DNA from: an uncultured Nitrososphaeraceae archaeon
GTDB lineage: Archaea; Thermoproteota; Nitrososphaeria; Nitrososphaerales; Nitrososphaeraceae
Assembly: GCA_963729045.1 (NCBI GenBank)
Contig: CAVSMN010000012.1
Span: 32,001 to 96,000 of the forward strand
DNA length: 64,000 nucleotides
Direction of reading: 5' to 3'
The translations under genes were made by a program, and so were the position numbers. The notes beneath the pieces are model-generated. The model did no database searches, was not told the DNA's origin, and saw only the letters and a list, made by a program, of their open reading frames with translations. Positions 45,056-55,500 of the stretch are shown in pieces (the stretch's first letter is position 1; the number at the start of each line of letters is the position of its first letter).

Positions 45056-45608
45056 AATATTCTCTGTTTTAAGCCAAGTTAGTTAAATATTTTGTTCTTA
45101 TTATTTTTAAAGTAACATTTACTTTCATTTTTGTATCAGGGATTACGATACTCAGAATGATTTTGCAAGGCAACTCATGAATTAATCTGAATTTTATAAG
45201 GTCATGAGGATTAGAAACTACGCATAGTATATATAAAAGTCGGTTTAGTTAAACTTTTTGATTATATTATAGTAAGGGGACCCCTTGTGTCTTTCAATAC
45301 ATTTTTGACAAATTGATTTATCGCCGTATTTTTTATGACAGGGGCAATCGCAATTCAAATTCATATTGGATCCCAAATAATACTCTATGAGAATTTGATG
45401 AAACATATAAATCGTTTTATACAGTCTTTACGAAAATACAGAAATTAAAAATGATGGAAGACCCACAGTCACTACCGGTTTCTAATTTTCTTAAGGTCAA
45501 GTTTTATGCACAAATGATATCAATGTTAGAATTTACTCGATGATCTACTCGATTTTTTTGTTAAAAAGCAGATCAGAATTACTATATAGTATAAGGTACT
45601 GTCTGAAT

Positions 45609-46217
45609 ATGACTGAAAGTTTGACTGAATCGATGCATTCGTTTATTTCTAAATCTGTTATCTCTTCTACAACCTGTAAAAAATATCTGGCTTCTGATGG
45701 TATTTCATCTAATAATTTGTTGTTGAAGGATCAAACAGGAAAAGTATTGCTTAATTGCAAGAATGTTAATGTTTTAAAAGGTAAAATAGACGGGATAGGT
45801 GTTTCTTTTGCTATAACTAAAAATCTAGATGAGTATCAGTTTCTTATATGTAAATACATTCCCGCCTTACCTGATCACGATATGTTCAAGTTAAAATTTC
45901 AAAAGATGCGGTTGCTTATTACTATGTTTATAAATAAAATGGTCGATGTGTTACTTCAATCTAAAATAAACTCCAAAGCCTTGGCTGACTTGAATAAACA
46001 CGGCAATGCTATATTGTTAGAGGTTTCTGAATTAACGCATGAATTTCGTGAAAGAGACAAAGATGACAGAGTCAAATACCTTCTAAATGAGGAAAATATG
46101 GATATGCTAAATCTCAAAATGGATTATTTTATCCAATTTGGTGCTACTGAAATCCAAATTAATAGGATCCTGTTGTCCATTTATGGATATGATATAGCTG
46201 ATTCAGCAATTGAATGA
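45609..46217 (+). CDS. Hypothetical protein
   Basis: Long ORF; start at MTESL preferred. Confidence 0.65.
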   Translation: MTESLTESMHSFISKSVISSTTCKKYLASDGISSNNLLLKDQTGKVLLNCKNVNVLKGKIDGIGVSFAITKNLDEYQFLICKYIPALPDHDMFKLKFQKMRLLITMFINKMVDVLLQSKINSKALADLNKHGNAILLEVSELTHEFRERDKDDRVKYLLNEENMDMLNLKMDYFIQFGATEIQINRILLSIYGYDIADSAIE

Positions 46218-46222
46218 AGGTG

Positions 46223-46768
46223 TCATCCATCTTTAAAGAATTCAAGCACTTCTTTGCTGTGACCCCTTGGTTTGACACTTGAATATATTTTAGCAATGCT
46301 TCCAGTTTGATCAACTAAAAATGTTGACCTCGTAACGCCAAGGTATTCCTTACCCATAAATTTTTTGAGCCCATAGACCCCATATTCCTTTGAAATTTCA
46401 TTGTTCGGATCGGATGCAAGCATATAGGGGATATTCATCTTCTCTCTGAATTTTGTATGAGAATCGTTAGAATCCGGGCTGATTCCAATTATTTCGATCC
46501 CCTGTTGTTCAAATAGAGCATAGTCTTTAGTAAATTCCTCAGCCTCGGTGGTACAACCAGGAGTAAAATCTTTTGGATAAAAGTAAATAACTATCTTTTT
46601 GTGTTTTAACAGGTTTGACAATTTGAATTCATTGTTCTTTGGGTCTCTGTATTCAAAATCGAAAGGCTTGTCGCCCTCTTTAATTTTCATCATATTATGA
46701 TCTTTTTGGTTTGACATACTGTTAATTGTTAGGACACCAAAAAATACATGTTTGTTTTCATGCTCCAA
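46223..46768 (-). CDS. bcp: Peroxiredoxin, BCP/PrxQ family
   Basis: YFYPKDFTPGCTTEA and RSTFLVD motifs; true start probably downstream. Confidence 0.92.
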   Translation of the reverse strand: MEHENKHVFFGVLTINSMSNQKDHNMMKIKEGDKPFDFEYRDPKNNEFKLSNLLKHKKIVIYFYPKDFTPGCTTEAEEFTKDYALFEQQGIEIIGISPDSNDSHTKFREKMNIPYMLASDPNNEISKEYGVYGLKKFMGKEYLGVTRSTFLVDQTGSIAKIYSSVKPRGHSKEVLEFFKDG

Positions 46769-46815
46769 TCCTGCTCATCATATATCTTAATTTAATGTCT
46801 GCCATTGTTCAAGTA

Positions 46816-47880
46816 TTAACCAAATACAAACGTGTAAAAATAGAAATTATCTGTCTTTGGTAATATTTCAAGCACATGAATTTCAGGACTTGGCGTTTTG
46901 ACTATGTTCATAATATGTGGCCATGTGATTTCGATATAACTCGAATTACTATCCTTTTTTCCATGATATCCTAATTGTTCATCAGTTAAAAATTCACCAT
47001 CCAGCTTAACATTTGCTATTGCAGGCTCGTCGTCGGTACTACCAACTATTACGTTTACATTTGATGCCATATTGTATTTGAAGACTATTGCGGGATCTTT
47101 TTCCTTATGGTCAAATGATGCCTTTATGCCCTCTTTATCCCATCTCCATTTTCCCCTTAAATATACGGTATTATCCAACACGGTTTGAGGCGCAGTGAAC
47201 ACATTGTATTCATTAATTTTGGCTTTTTGATTATTTCCAAACCTTCTGATCCGTGAGTAACCTACGCAGATCTCAGGGGCCATGCCGTTAAAATGCATTC
47301 CGTATATCTTAGTCACCTCATTTTGGTTGCTGTTGATCTCTTGTTCCTTTTCTTTTTGGTTGTTTAAATCAGTACTTAATTCTGATTTACCATCTTGCTT
47401 TTCTTGAGGCGATTCTCTATTGGAGAATGGGAGATCAAGCAAATCGGCTAAAGCTTCTTCAAAATCATCAAATGTTCCGTATCCCGGATGTTCGTACCTA
47501 ACAAACCCATCAGTATCAATCAATATGTGCTTGGGCCAGTATGAATTCCCATATACTTCCCAAGTTTTATTATTGGTATCATATCCCGTCACATCTCCAT
47601 CCAATCCAAACTCCTTTAATGCCTTTTCGATATTAGCGATATTTTTGGCAAATTCATATTCGGCTGAATGAATCCCAAATACAACCAAACCTTTATCGGC
47701 ATATTTCTCTTTAATCTTTTTTATTGTAGGAATGGTTCTTAAGCAAAAAATGCATGTATATGTCCAAAAATCTAAAAGCACTACCTTACCCTTTAGTTCC
47801 TTTATACTATGCGTGGCGTTGTCGCTCCAATTCTTGATATCTTTGAAATCTGGTGCTGATACGGCAGGTATAATGTTCAT
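46816..47880 (-). CDS. Redoxin-domain protein with DipZ-like C-terminal domain
   Basis: GKVVLLDFWTYTCIFC, GIHSAEYEF, YWP and terminal YTFVFG motifs. Confidence 0.85.
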   Translation of the reverse strand: MNIIPAVSAPDFKDIKNWSDNATHSIKELKGKVVLLDFWTYTCIFCLRTIPTIKKIKEKYADKGLVVFGIHSAEYEFAKNIANIEKALKEFGLDGDVTGYDTNNKTWEVYGNSYWPKHILIDTDGFVRYEHPGYGTFDDFEEALADLLDLPFSNRESPQEKQDGKSELSTDLNNQKEKEQEINSNQNEVTKIYGMHFNGMAPEICVGYSRIRRFGNNQKAKINEYNVFTAPQTVLDNTVYLRGKWRWDKEGIKASFDHKEKDPAIVFKYNMASNVNVIVGSTDDEPAIANVKLDGEFLTDEQLGYHGKKDSNSSYIEITWPHIMNIVKTPSPEIHVLEILPKTDNFYFYTFVFG

Positions 47881-47955
47881 TTAATGACTATTTTCATCAT
47901 GTAATTTATGTCTGTTTTCTGTAGTATTCTATTTATTTGAAAATGTCAAATCAGA

Positions 47956-48040
47956 TGCGGGAGATGGGATTTGAACCCACGAACCCCTAAGGGATAAGGC
48001 CCTCAACCTTACGCCTTTGGCCAAGCTGGGCGACTCCCGC
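47956..48040 (-). tRNA. tRNA-Leu (anticodon GAG), intronless
   Basis: GCGGGAG acceptor stem, TAAGG-TTGAGGG-CCTTA anticodon arm, long variable arm, GGTTCAAATCC T-loop. Confidence 0.96.
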
Positions 48041-48137
48041 TTTGACATTTTATTATTGGAGGGATAATTTGAATATTCCCACTAATATCATAATGGCATT
48101 TGAATGATTTTTATTATGGAGTTCATTTTTTTATAGC

Positions 48138-48374
48138 ATGCTTGTTCCAGTAAGATGCTTTACATGTGGAAAACTGATAGCTAATATCTATAATGAATAT
48201 TTAACCCAGTTAAAACAAGGAGAAGAACCAAATAAAATTATGGATTCTTTGAAAATTACACGTTATTGTTGTAGAAGGATGTTCGTTTCAAGCGTAGAGA
48301 CCATATATCAGGTCATTCCCTATTATGAAGCTTTGAGGAAACGACGGGCGGAGATTCAATCTGAGATGGAATGA
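48138..48374 (+). CDS. rpoN: DNA-directed RNA polymerase subunit N (Rpo10)
   Basis: MLVPVRCFTCGK...RYCCRRM. Confidence 0.97.
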   Translation: MLVPVRCFTCGKLIANIYNEYLTQLKQGEEPNKIMDSLKITRYCCRRMFVSSVETIYQVIPYYEALRKRRAEIQSEME

Positions 48375-48380
48375 TAAACA

Positions 48381-49636
48381 TTGCCTGAAATCACTTCTAT
48401 TGAGGAAAGGCTAGTTTTCAATAGCCGAGGAGATAAAACTATCGAAATTGATGTACAGTCTGACAACAAGTACCAAGGTAGGGCCTGTGCACCATCAGGC
48501 GCCAGCGTCGGGATGTATGAGGCACAAAGCTTTATTCAAAACGATCCCAGAATTAACCATTAGAAATTTTAACAGTATAAAGAATAAATTTATTGGGATT
48601 GACAGCGCAGACCTCAAAAATCTGCACAATGTGATTAAAACAGTGGATCCTTCGGATAATTATTCAAATATTGGGGGTTCTGTGGCTTACGCCCTTTCTA
48701 TAGCGAGCGTAGATTCAGCTGCAAAGGCCATGAACATTCCATTCTATAAAGTTTTGAACCCTAAATTGGAAAAGATTAGTTTCCCGTACCCTCTTGGAAA
48801 TGTGTTGGGTGGAGGTGCTCATGCTGGTCCAGGAACCCCTGACTTGCAAGAATTTTTGATTTGTCCTGTAAAATCACTATCGATCTCCGAAGCAATCTCT
48901 TTGAATTCACAAATTCATAAGGAGGTAAAAAAAAGTATCGAAAAAATCGACAGTAAATTTACATATGGAAAGGGAGACGAAGGAGGATGGGCCCCTGCTA
49001 TTGTAAATGATCTCGCCATTGAGTTAGTTGAAAATGCAATTATTCAGTGTGGATATGATCCAAAGAAAGAGATCAGAATGGGTATAGACTTTGCAAGCTC
49101 CTCAATGTGGGATACTGACAAGAAGGTATATGATTACCAAGCGGGAGGGAATTTTTAGAACAACAGAGCAGCAAATAGAGTACGTTAACAAATTGATCCG
49201 TGACTACAACCTCATATATGCTGAAGATCCATTGCATGAAGAGGATTTTGAGAATATGTCGATTATCACTAAAGATAACCCTACGTGCCTTGTTACGGGT
49301 GATGATTTGCTAGTAACAAATACAAATAGAGCCACCCTGGCTGCTAAAAAAAAGGCCTGTTCTGGAGCAATTTTGAAGGTAAATCAAGCAGGCACTTTAT
49401 ACGACGCGATGTTATTTGCAGAAGAATGCACCAAGAATAACATCAAAATCATTACTTCTCATAGATCGGGTGAGTCAGTTGACAGTCATATTTCTCATAT
49501 TTCTATCGCTACAAATTCAATAATGATAAAAACTGGTATCGTAGGCGGAGAAAGAATTTCCAAATTAAATGAATTATTAAGAGTTTCAGAGTATGGTTTA
49601 ATAGAAGGAATGGCTAAATGGAGCAATATATCATGA
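48381..49636 (+). CDS. eno: Enolase, two frameshifts (about 48547 and 49137)
   Basis: NSRG, APSGASVG, GDEGG, EDP, GDDL, LKVNQ and SHRSGE motifs. Confidence 0.95.
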
Positions 49637-50475
49637 ATATGAATACTGAGGAAATGGATTCTCTTAATAATTCTAATAATGAAAACATAGATAAAACTGT
49701 TAACGATGATGCTTCCACAACTGAGGGAGAAGATTCAAAAAATACAACTAGCAACTCAGAAGAATCTCCTGAAAACTATGGGGAATCTGATGAAACTGAA
49801 CAAACAAGTATTGGCGATGAGGAATCGAACAGTTCGTCTGATATCGTAGAACAATCAGAATCATTGGAAGATCCTAATAACCTAGAGAAAATGATATTGT
49901 CAACTGGAATCAGGGTAGGAACTCCGATCAAAACTAAATTTATGACATCATTCATAACTCGTGCTAATCCCGAAGGCTTGTATATCCTTGATATTAGTAA
50001 AACTCTTGCAAGAATTGACGTTGCCGCCAAATTTATTGGTAGAACGAATATTGCAAATGTTGCGGTAACATCTGCTAGGGAGTACGGAAAAACACCAATC
50101 GAAAAATTTTGTGAACTAACAGGCGCTCGTGGTATTTTTGGAAGATTTATGCCAGGTACATTTACTAATCCTTCATTACCCAAATATTTGGAGCCCGAAA
50201 TAGTTATAGTCACAGATCCGCAGGCCGATGAACAGGCCGTATTGGAAGCAACAAGAGCTGGGGTCCCTGTAATCGCATTATCAAATAGTGACAATATTAC
50301 TTCTAAAGTTGATTTGGTAATTCCATCAAATAACAGAGGCAGAAAAGCCCTTGCTACGGTTTATTGGCTCTTGACAAAAGAAGTCCTCAAAAAACAAGGA
50401 AAGATAAAATCTGATTCTGAGATGCCATTGACAATAGATGATTTCGAAGCAAAACTAGTTGAAGAATTGATTTAA
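49633..50475 (+). CDS. rps2: 30S ribosomal protein S2 with acidic N-terminal extension
   Basis: GIRVGT, GRFMPGTFTNP and IPSNNRGRKAL motifs; ATGA overlap with the eno stop. Confidence 0.95.
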   Translation: MNMNTEEMDSLNNSNNENIDKTVNDDASTTEGEDSKNTTSNSEESPENYGESDETEQTSIGDEESNSSSDIVEQSESLEDPNNLEKMILSTGIRVGTPIKTKFMTSFITRANPEGLYILDISKTLARIDVAAKFIGRTNIANVAVTSAREYGKTPIEKFCELTGARGIFGRFMPGTFTNPSLPKYLEPEIVIVTDPQADEQAVLEATRAGVPVIALSNSDNITSKVDLVIPSNNRGRKALATVYWLLTKEVLKKQGKIKSDSEMPLTIDDFEAKLVEELI

Positions 50476-50482
50476 TTAAATA

Positions 50483-51346
50483 TTGACACGTGAACATAAC
50501 TTTAGTGGAGTTTTTTATCCTAAAGATTATGGGAAATTGAATGCTTCAATTCAAAGCTTTTTTTCACTCTTGAATTCCTCTTCTGAAGATAGCAAATTCC
50601 TACAAATGGTAAATGAATATATTCAAGATAAAAAGATTCTGAGTTTTATAGTTCCTCATGGTTCATACGATTACTCTGGTTATGTGTCATCATTCACTTA
50701 TTACCTAATAGACAAGATAGAATGTCAGAATTTCATAATATTATCTTCCGATCATCGTGGAACTAGTCCTGGCATTTCGGTGTTGGATCATGGTACCTGG
50801 AATACCCCCTTGGGTCCAGCACAAATCAACGAGACAATGGCACATGATTTGATAAAGAAAAGTAATGATGGCTTTTTAGAGATAGATTCATTTTCTTTTG
50901 AAATTGATTACACAATTGAAACACAGTTGCCATTTATTCAAGTATTAAAGAAGAATAATTTCAGATTTTTACCTATACTTCAAAGAAAACAGGACAAAAA
51001 GACTTGTATACAACTAGCAAAGTTATTAGCAAGTATAGTACCTCAAAATGAAAAAGTTATACTAATATCTACCACTAATTTTACTCACTATCTAGATTAT
51101 GAAGAATGCTATGCCATCGATAAAAAACTGATATCAGCAATTTCAAAGATGGATATCGATTCATTTTATGATACTTTGAAAAACTATTTTCAATATATCT
51201 GCGGATACGGTTGTGTAGGTACTGCAATAGAATTTTCTAAATTATTAGGAAACTTTGACGTAATTTTATTAAAGCATCTTACAAGTGGCGATATTGATGG
51301 CAAAAAGTCTTCGGTCGTGGGTTATTCATCGATTCTAATGCTTTAG
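50483..51346 (+). CDS. MEMO1 family protein (AmmeMemoRadiSam protein B-like)
   Basis: GVFYP, VPHGSYDYSG, WNTPLG, ETQLPF, CGYG and SVVGY motifs. Confidence 0.88.
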   Translation: MTREHNFSGVFYPKDYGKLNASIQSFFSLLNSSSEDSKFLQMVNEYIQDKKILSFIVPHGSYDYSGYVSSFTYYLIDKIECQNFIILSSDHRGTSPGISVLDHGTWNTPLGPAQINETMAHDLIKKSNDGFLEIDSFSFEIDYTIETQLPFIQVLKKNNFRFLPILQRKQDKKTCIQLAKLLASIVPQNEKVILISTTNFTHYLDYEECYAIDKKLISAISKMDIDSFYDTLKNYFQYICGYGCVGTAIEFSKLLGNFDVILLKHLTSGDIDGKKSSVVGYSSILML

Positions 51347-51397
51347 AGGGCTTGAGGATGAGGAGGAGTACTAATAGTAGTAGGAATGGGAGTTTGA

Positions 51398-52439
51398 TTG
51401 TATTCAAATACTAACACTTTTGAACGCCAAATAGAAGCAGTAGCTCCAGGAAAGGTAATTCTTTTTGGGGAGCACTTTGTGGTTTATGGATATCCATCGT
51501 TAATCGCATCAATAGATAAATTCTTTAAGGTAAAAGTAGATATCTCGCCATCTACAGCCGATGAAATCAAAATTGAATCAAATCTAGGTTTTAGAGCCAC
51601 TTTACAAAACTCGGTGCTTTCCTTCCCAGTGGGACAGGATAACACATATCATGAAATTATCAAGAAGCTGTACAGCGTTATCCAATATCTGGTGACTCAT
51701 GTCAGCATTGATGTTAGATCAAAGTATAGTATTTTGATTCGTTTGGACTCTGAAATCCCGTTAGGCGGAGGACTTGGATCCTCTTCAGCTTTTTGTGTTG
51801 CATTAACAGCTGCTCTTTACCATTTCATAGATAAGATGCTAAATAAGGACAAGATTTGTTATGAATCTATTCAACGCGGAGAAGATACTCAATAGAGATA
51901 CTTCGGGAGCAGATTGTAGTATTTGCACATTTGGGGGGTTGGGACAATTCGACAGATTGAATGGTTTTAAGAGGATCTCAGCAGATTTTAGTGATTATCG
52001 GTTCTTGATAATAAATAGCGGAATTACACATGATACCTTTTCTATGATAGAGAAGGTAGCCAAAATTAAAAATAATTATCCCAATGATTTTAACAATCTA
52101 TGTAACCAGTATGGAGATATCTATAATCAAGTTTTCAGCTACCTTGAGCATAACGATATTGGAAACATTGGTGAACTTTTAAATAGGAATCACGAATTGT
52201 TAGTCAGCCTTTCTTTGTCTAATCCCATAATAGATAAGATAATTAATATTTGTAATTCTGAGGGTTCGTTGGGAACAAAAATTACCGGGGCTGGGGGTGG
52301 GGGTTCAGTTTTGTCTTTCCTGCATAAGGATGATCTTTCAGTAATCAAGAATATTCTAAAAAGATTAGATTTATTAAATTTAAAATATTTCTTTGCAAAG
52401 ATTGATCCAGAAGGCCTGAGGATAGGTCGCAATAACTAG
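51398..52439 (+). CDS. mvk: Mevalonate kinase, frameshifted near 51870
   Basis: APGKVILFGEHFVVYG, PLGGGLGSSSA, SGAD and KITGAGGGG motifs. Confidence 0.93.
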
Positions 52440-52539
52440 ATACCTCAGCGCCTTTGGCCATAGTACCAAGATCCCAAAAAATTTTAATAAATCACACAAT
52501 TAATAATGTCTTGATATTTCACTAGTCTAGTACGTCTTC

Positions 52540-53352
52540 ATGGCTAGCAATTTAATAATCATAAAGTTAGGCGGATCGGTAGTTACATTCAAAGACAAAC
52601 CTTTATCTCCAAACTACGAGGGGATCGATAAAATATTAAAAGTGTTAGGTGAAATCAAGAAAAATTTTAAGATTATCATTGTTCATGGTGGAGGTTCTTT
52701 TGGTCACTATTGGTCTGTAAAATATGATATGCATACCAAGCCATACCCATATTCGGATCTAGGTGTATCTGTAGTCCATGAATCCATGATCAAACTAAAT
52801 CACATAATTATCAATAAATTTATAGAGTCCAAATTAAAACCTTATTCGATTCAACCATCTGCATTCGTATTTAACAGCGCCGCGGATCCTGCGAGAATAC
52901 ATGATATCCTTGCCATGACCACTGGGAATGATTTGATACCTATTACGTTTGGAGATGTAATACATACCTCTGAAAATAAATTTTCAATTCTTTCTGGAGA
53001 TACTATAATGTCTATGTTATGCACAGAATTACATCCAGATTTCTCCATTTTTACCACAAATGTAGATGGATTATACAATGATATGAATAAAGGGGAAATA
53101 GTCCGGGAAATTCGAGTAGACAAGACAGATAATAACAATATTTTTCTAAAAGGTGAGATGCAAAAGGATAACCCTGACTCTTCTTTTGATGTTACAGGAG
53201 GAATGAAACGGAAAATAACTGAATCTATTCAAATTGCAAAATCAGGAACACCAGCATATTTGATTAATGGTTTCCATCCAGAAAGGATATTAGATATAAT
53301 TCACGATCGTGAATATATTGGCACATGTATAAGAAAGGGCTCTGGGAGTTAG
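52540..53352 (+). CDS. Isopentenyl phosphate kinase
   Basis: KLGGSVVT, HGGGSFGH, SGD and DVTGGM motifs; isoprenoid cluster context. Confidence 0.92.
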   Translation: MASNLIIIKLGGSVVTFKDKPLSPNYEGIDKILKVLGEIKKNFKIIIVHGGGSFGHYWSVKYDMHTKPYPYSDLGVSVVHESMIKLNHIIINKFIESKLKPYSIQPSAFVFNSAADPARIHDILAMTTGNDLIPITFGDVIHTSENKFSILSGDTIMSMLCTELHPDFSIFTTNVDGLYNDMNKGEIVREIRVDKTDNNNIFLKGEMQKDNPDSSFDVTGGMKRKITESIQIAKSGTPAYLINGFHPERILDIIHDREYIGTCIRKGSGS

Positions 53353-53393
53353 GACGGAAATGAAATATTCAGATTTCTGGGAGGGAGTTAGAT

Positions 53394-54512
53394 ATGGATA
53401 GCGAAGACCATTCAATCTCCGAAAAACAAATTGAAATGATAAAGAGGAGAAAAAAAGAAGGAATAGACATTCCTCTGAAACAAAAGGTTCAGGGCAAAGA
53501 AACTACAACTCTTTTGGAGGATGTATATTTGATCCACAATGCGTTGCCCGAAATCAATATAGAAGATATAAAATTGAATACAGTTTTCCTTGGCAGGAAC
53601 TTTTCTGCTCCCATTATCATTGACTCGATGACTGGCGGTACTGATGAAGCACTAGTTATAAACAAAAGATTGGGTCAAATAGCTGAGAAGTATGGATTAG
53701 CAATGGGACTTGGAAGTCAAAGGGCTGGACTAAAAAGTGACAAGCTGGTTCAGAGTTATGCTGTTGCTCGCAGCGTTGCCCCAAATGCTTTTTTGATTGC
53801 AAATATAGGTGGGGCCCAACTTGCTGAAGGATTATCAAAAGATGATGTGAAAAAAATCATAAAAATGATTGATGCTGACGCATTAGCCATACATTTGAAC
53901 CCACTTCAAGAACTGATTCAACCCGAAGGGGAACCAAATTTTAAGGGAATTCTACAAAAAATAACCTCTCTAGTAAATGAAATAGAGATTCCTGTCATAG
54001 TAAAAGAAGTGGGCTCTGGAATTTCGCCTGAGGTTGCTCTCAAACTCCAAAGTGCTGGAATTGGGGCTATTAACGTGGCAGGATCGGGAGGTACCAGCTG
54101 GGCCGGAATTGAAAAAATAAGAGCGGATAATGCCAACAGTGATATAAAATCTAATTTGGGCACCCTTTTTTGGGATTGGGGCATTCCAACTGCTCTGTGC
54201 GTATTGTTGACTTCAAGATCAGTAAAAATCCCTGTGATTGCTTCGGGTGGACTCCGCAACGGCCTAGAAATAGCCAAGTGTTTGATGCTTGGAGCTAAAA
54301 TGTGTGCAATGGCCTTTCCTTTCTTAAGAAAGGCTGCAGAATCCGAATATGAGTTAGACAAGTTTACACAGTTGATTTTAGCGCAGCTGAGAGGTACGAT
54401 GTTTTTGTTAGGTTCATCTGATATTGATTCCTTGGTGAATACAAGATATATATTGAAAGATAAATTAGCAAGTATGTTGAATAGTTATGAGTTCAGAAGA
54501 CATAAAAACTGA
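53394..54512 (+). CDS. fni: Type 2 isopentenyl-diphosphate delta-isomerase
   Basis: SMTGG, GSQR, HLNPLQELIQPEG, KEVGSG and GGTSW motifs. Confidence 0.95.
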   Translation: MDSEDHSISEKQIEMIKRRKKEGIDIPLKQKVQGKETTTLLEDVYLIHNALPEINIEDIKLNTVFLGRNFSAPIIIDSMTGGTDEALVINKRLGQIAEKYGLAMGLGSQRAGLKSDKLVQSYAVARSVAPNAFLIANIGGAQLAEGLSKDDVKKIIKMIDADALAIHLNPLQELIQPEGEPNFKGILQKITSLVNEIEIPVIVKEVGSGISPEVALKLQSAGIGAINVAGSGGTSWAGIEKIRADNANSDIKSNLGTLFWDWGIPTALCVLLTSRSVKIPVIASGGLRNGLEIAKCLMLGAKMCAMAFPFLRKAAESEYELDKFTQLILAQLRGTMFLLGSSDIDSLVNTRYILKDKLASMLNSYEFRRHKN

Positions 54513-55494
54513 AATCAATCTTGTTGCTTCTAAAATAAATCAATTTATTCTCAATAATATTTCCGGCGAGCCTTTTGGCTTGTATACGGCTTCTTTGCAC
54601 TATATTAATAGTGGGGGTAAGAGGCTGAGACCTTTTATGACTATAAAATCCAGCGAACTTCTTAATGGGAATTTACAATCTTCGCTTCCGGCCGCTGCTT
54701 CTGTAGAATTAATTCATAATTTTACATTGGTTCACGACGACATAATGGATAATGATAACGTTAGGCATAACGTAACTACAGTACATCAGCAATTTGGAAT
54801 TCCTTTGGCAATTCTAGCTGGAGATGTCCTCTTTTCAAAAGCATTCCAAGTGATATCTATTCATGGAAAGAAGGTTGGACTTGATCAATCCGTTCTGTTG
54901 AGGATGGTGGACTTGTTATCCACTTCTTGTATTGATGTCTGCGAGGGACAAGCCTTGGATATACAAATGGCTCAGGACGACGAGTTTTCATCAACAGGAT
55001 CATATATTAAAATGATTGAAAAAAAAACGGCCGCCCTGTTTAGGGTTTCCTGCGAATTGGGCACTCTTTCATCACCTGATTTTACCGAAAATGATTTAGG
55101 AAATATGTCTAGATACGGAGAAAAAATCGGCATTGCATTCCAACTAATTGATGATTTGATAGGAATTCATGGAGATTCAAAACTAACTGGCAAATTTGTA
55201 GGAAATGATATACGAGAAGGTAAAAAAACTCTGCCTATTTTATTAGCTTTTCAGAATCTAAATTCTACAGATAAGGATTTATTAAGACAACTGTTTGGCA
55301 GTAAGAATGCGAAAGATTCTGAGATTGCAGAAATGGTGAAAAAAATTGCTGAAATTAGAGTCGATATGGAAGTCCGTGATATTGCAAACAGTTATGCTGA
55401 GGAGGCATTTAAGACATTAAAAAGTTATGATCGGTCTCCTGCCTTAATTTCATTAGAAAATTCTGCAAAATACATTGTAGAACGGAGTTTGTAA
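54487..55494 (+). CDS. Polyprenyl (geranylgeranyl) diphosphate synthase
   Basis: GGKRLRP, HDDIMD, GQALD, KTA and FQLIDD motifs. Confidence 0.93.
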   Translation: MSSEDIKTEINLVASKINQFILNNISGEPFGLYTASLHYINSGGKRLRPFMTIKSSELLNGNLQSSLPAAASVELIHNFTLVHDDIMDNDNVRHNVTTVHQQFGIPLAILAGDVLFSKAFQVISIHGKKVGLDQSVLLRMVDLLSTSCIDVCEGQALDIQMAQDDEFSSTGSYIKMIEKKTAALFRVSCELGTLSSPDFTENDLGNMSRYGEKIGIAFQLIDDLIGIHGDSKLTGKFVGNDIREGKKTLPILLAFQNLNSTDKDLLRQLFGSKNAKDSEIAEMVKKIAEIRVDMEVRDIANSYAEEAFKTLKSYDRSPALISLENSAKYIVERSL

Positions 55495-55500
55495 TTTTAA

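Noticed and set aside
47956..48040. tRNA-Leu as the integration target of the integrase
   Set aside because: No duplicated tRNA 3' fragment was seen; the 25-bp repeat pair explains the element borders
48381..52439. Programmed frameshifting or true pseudogenisation of eno and mvk
   Set aside because: No slippery sites; the same +1 pattern occurs across unrelated genes and is better explained by sequencing error
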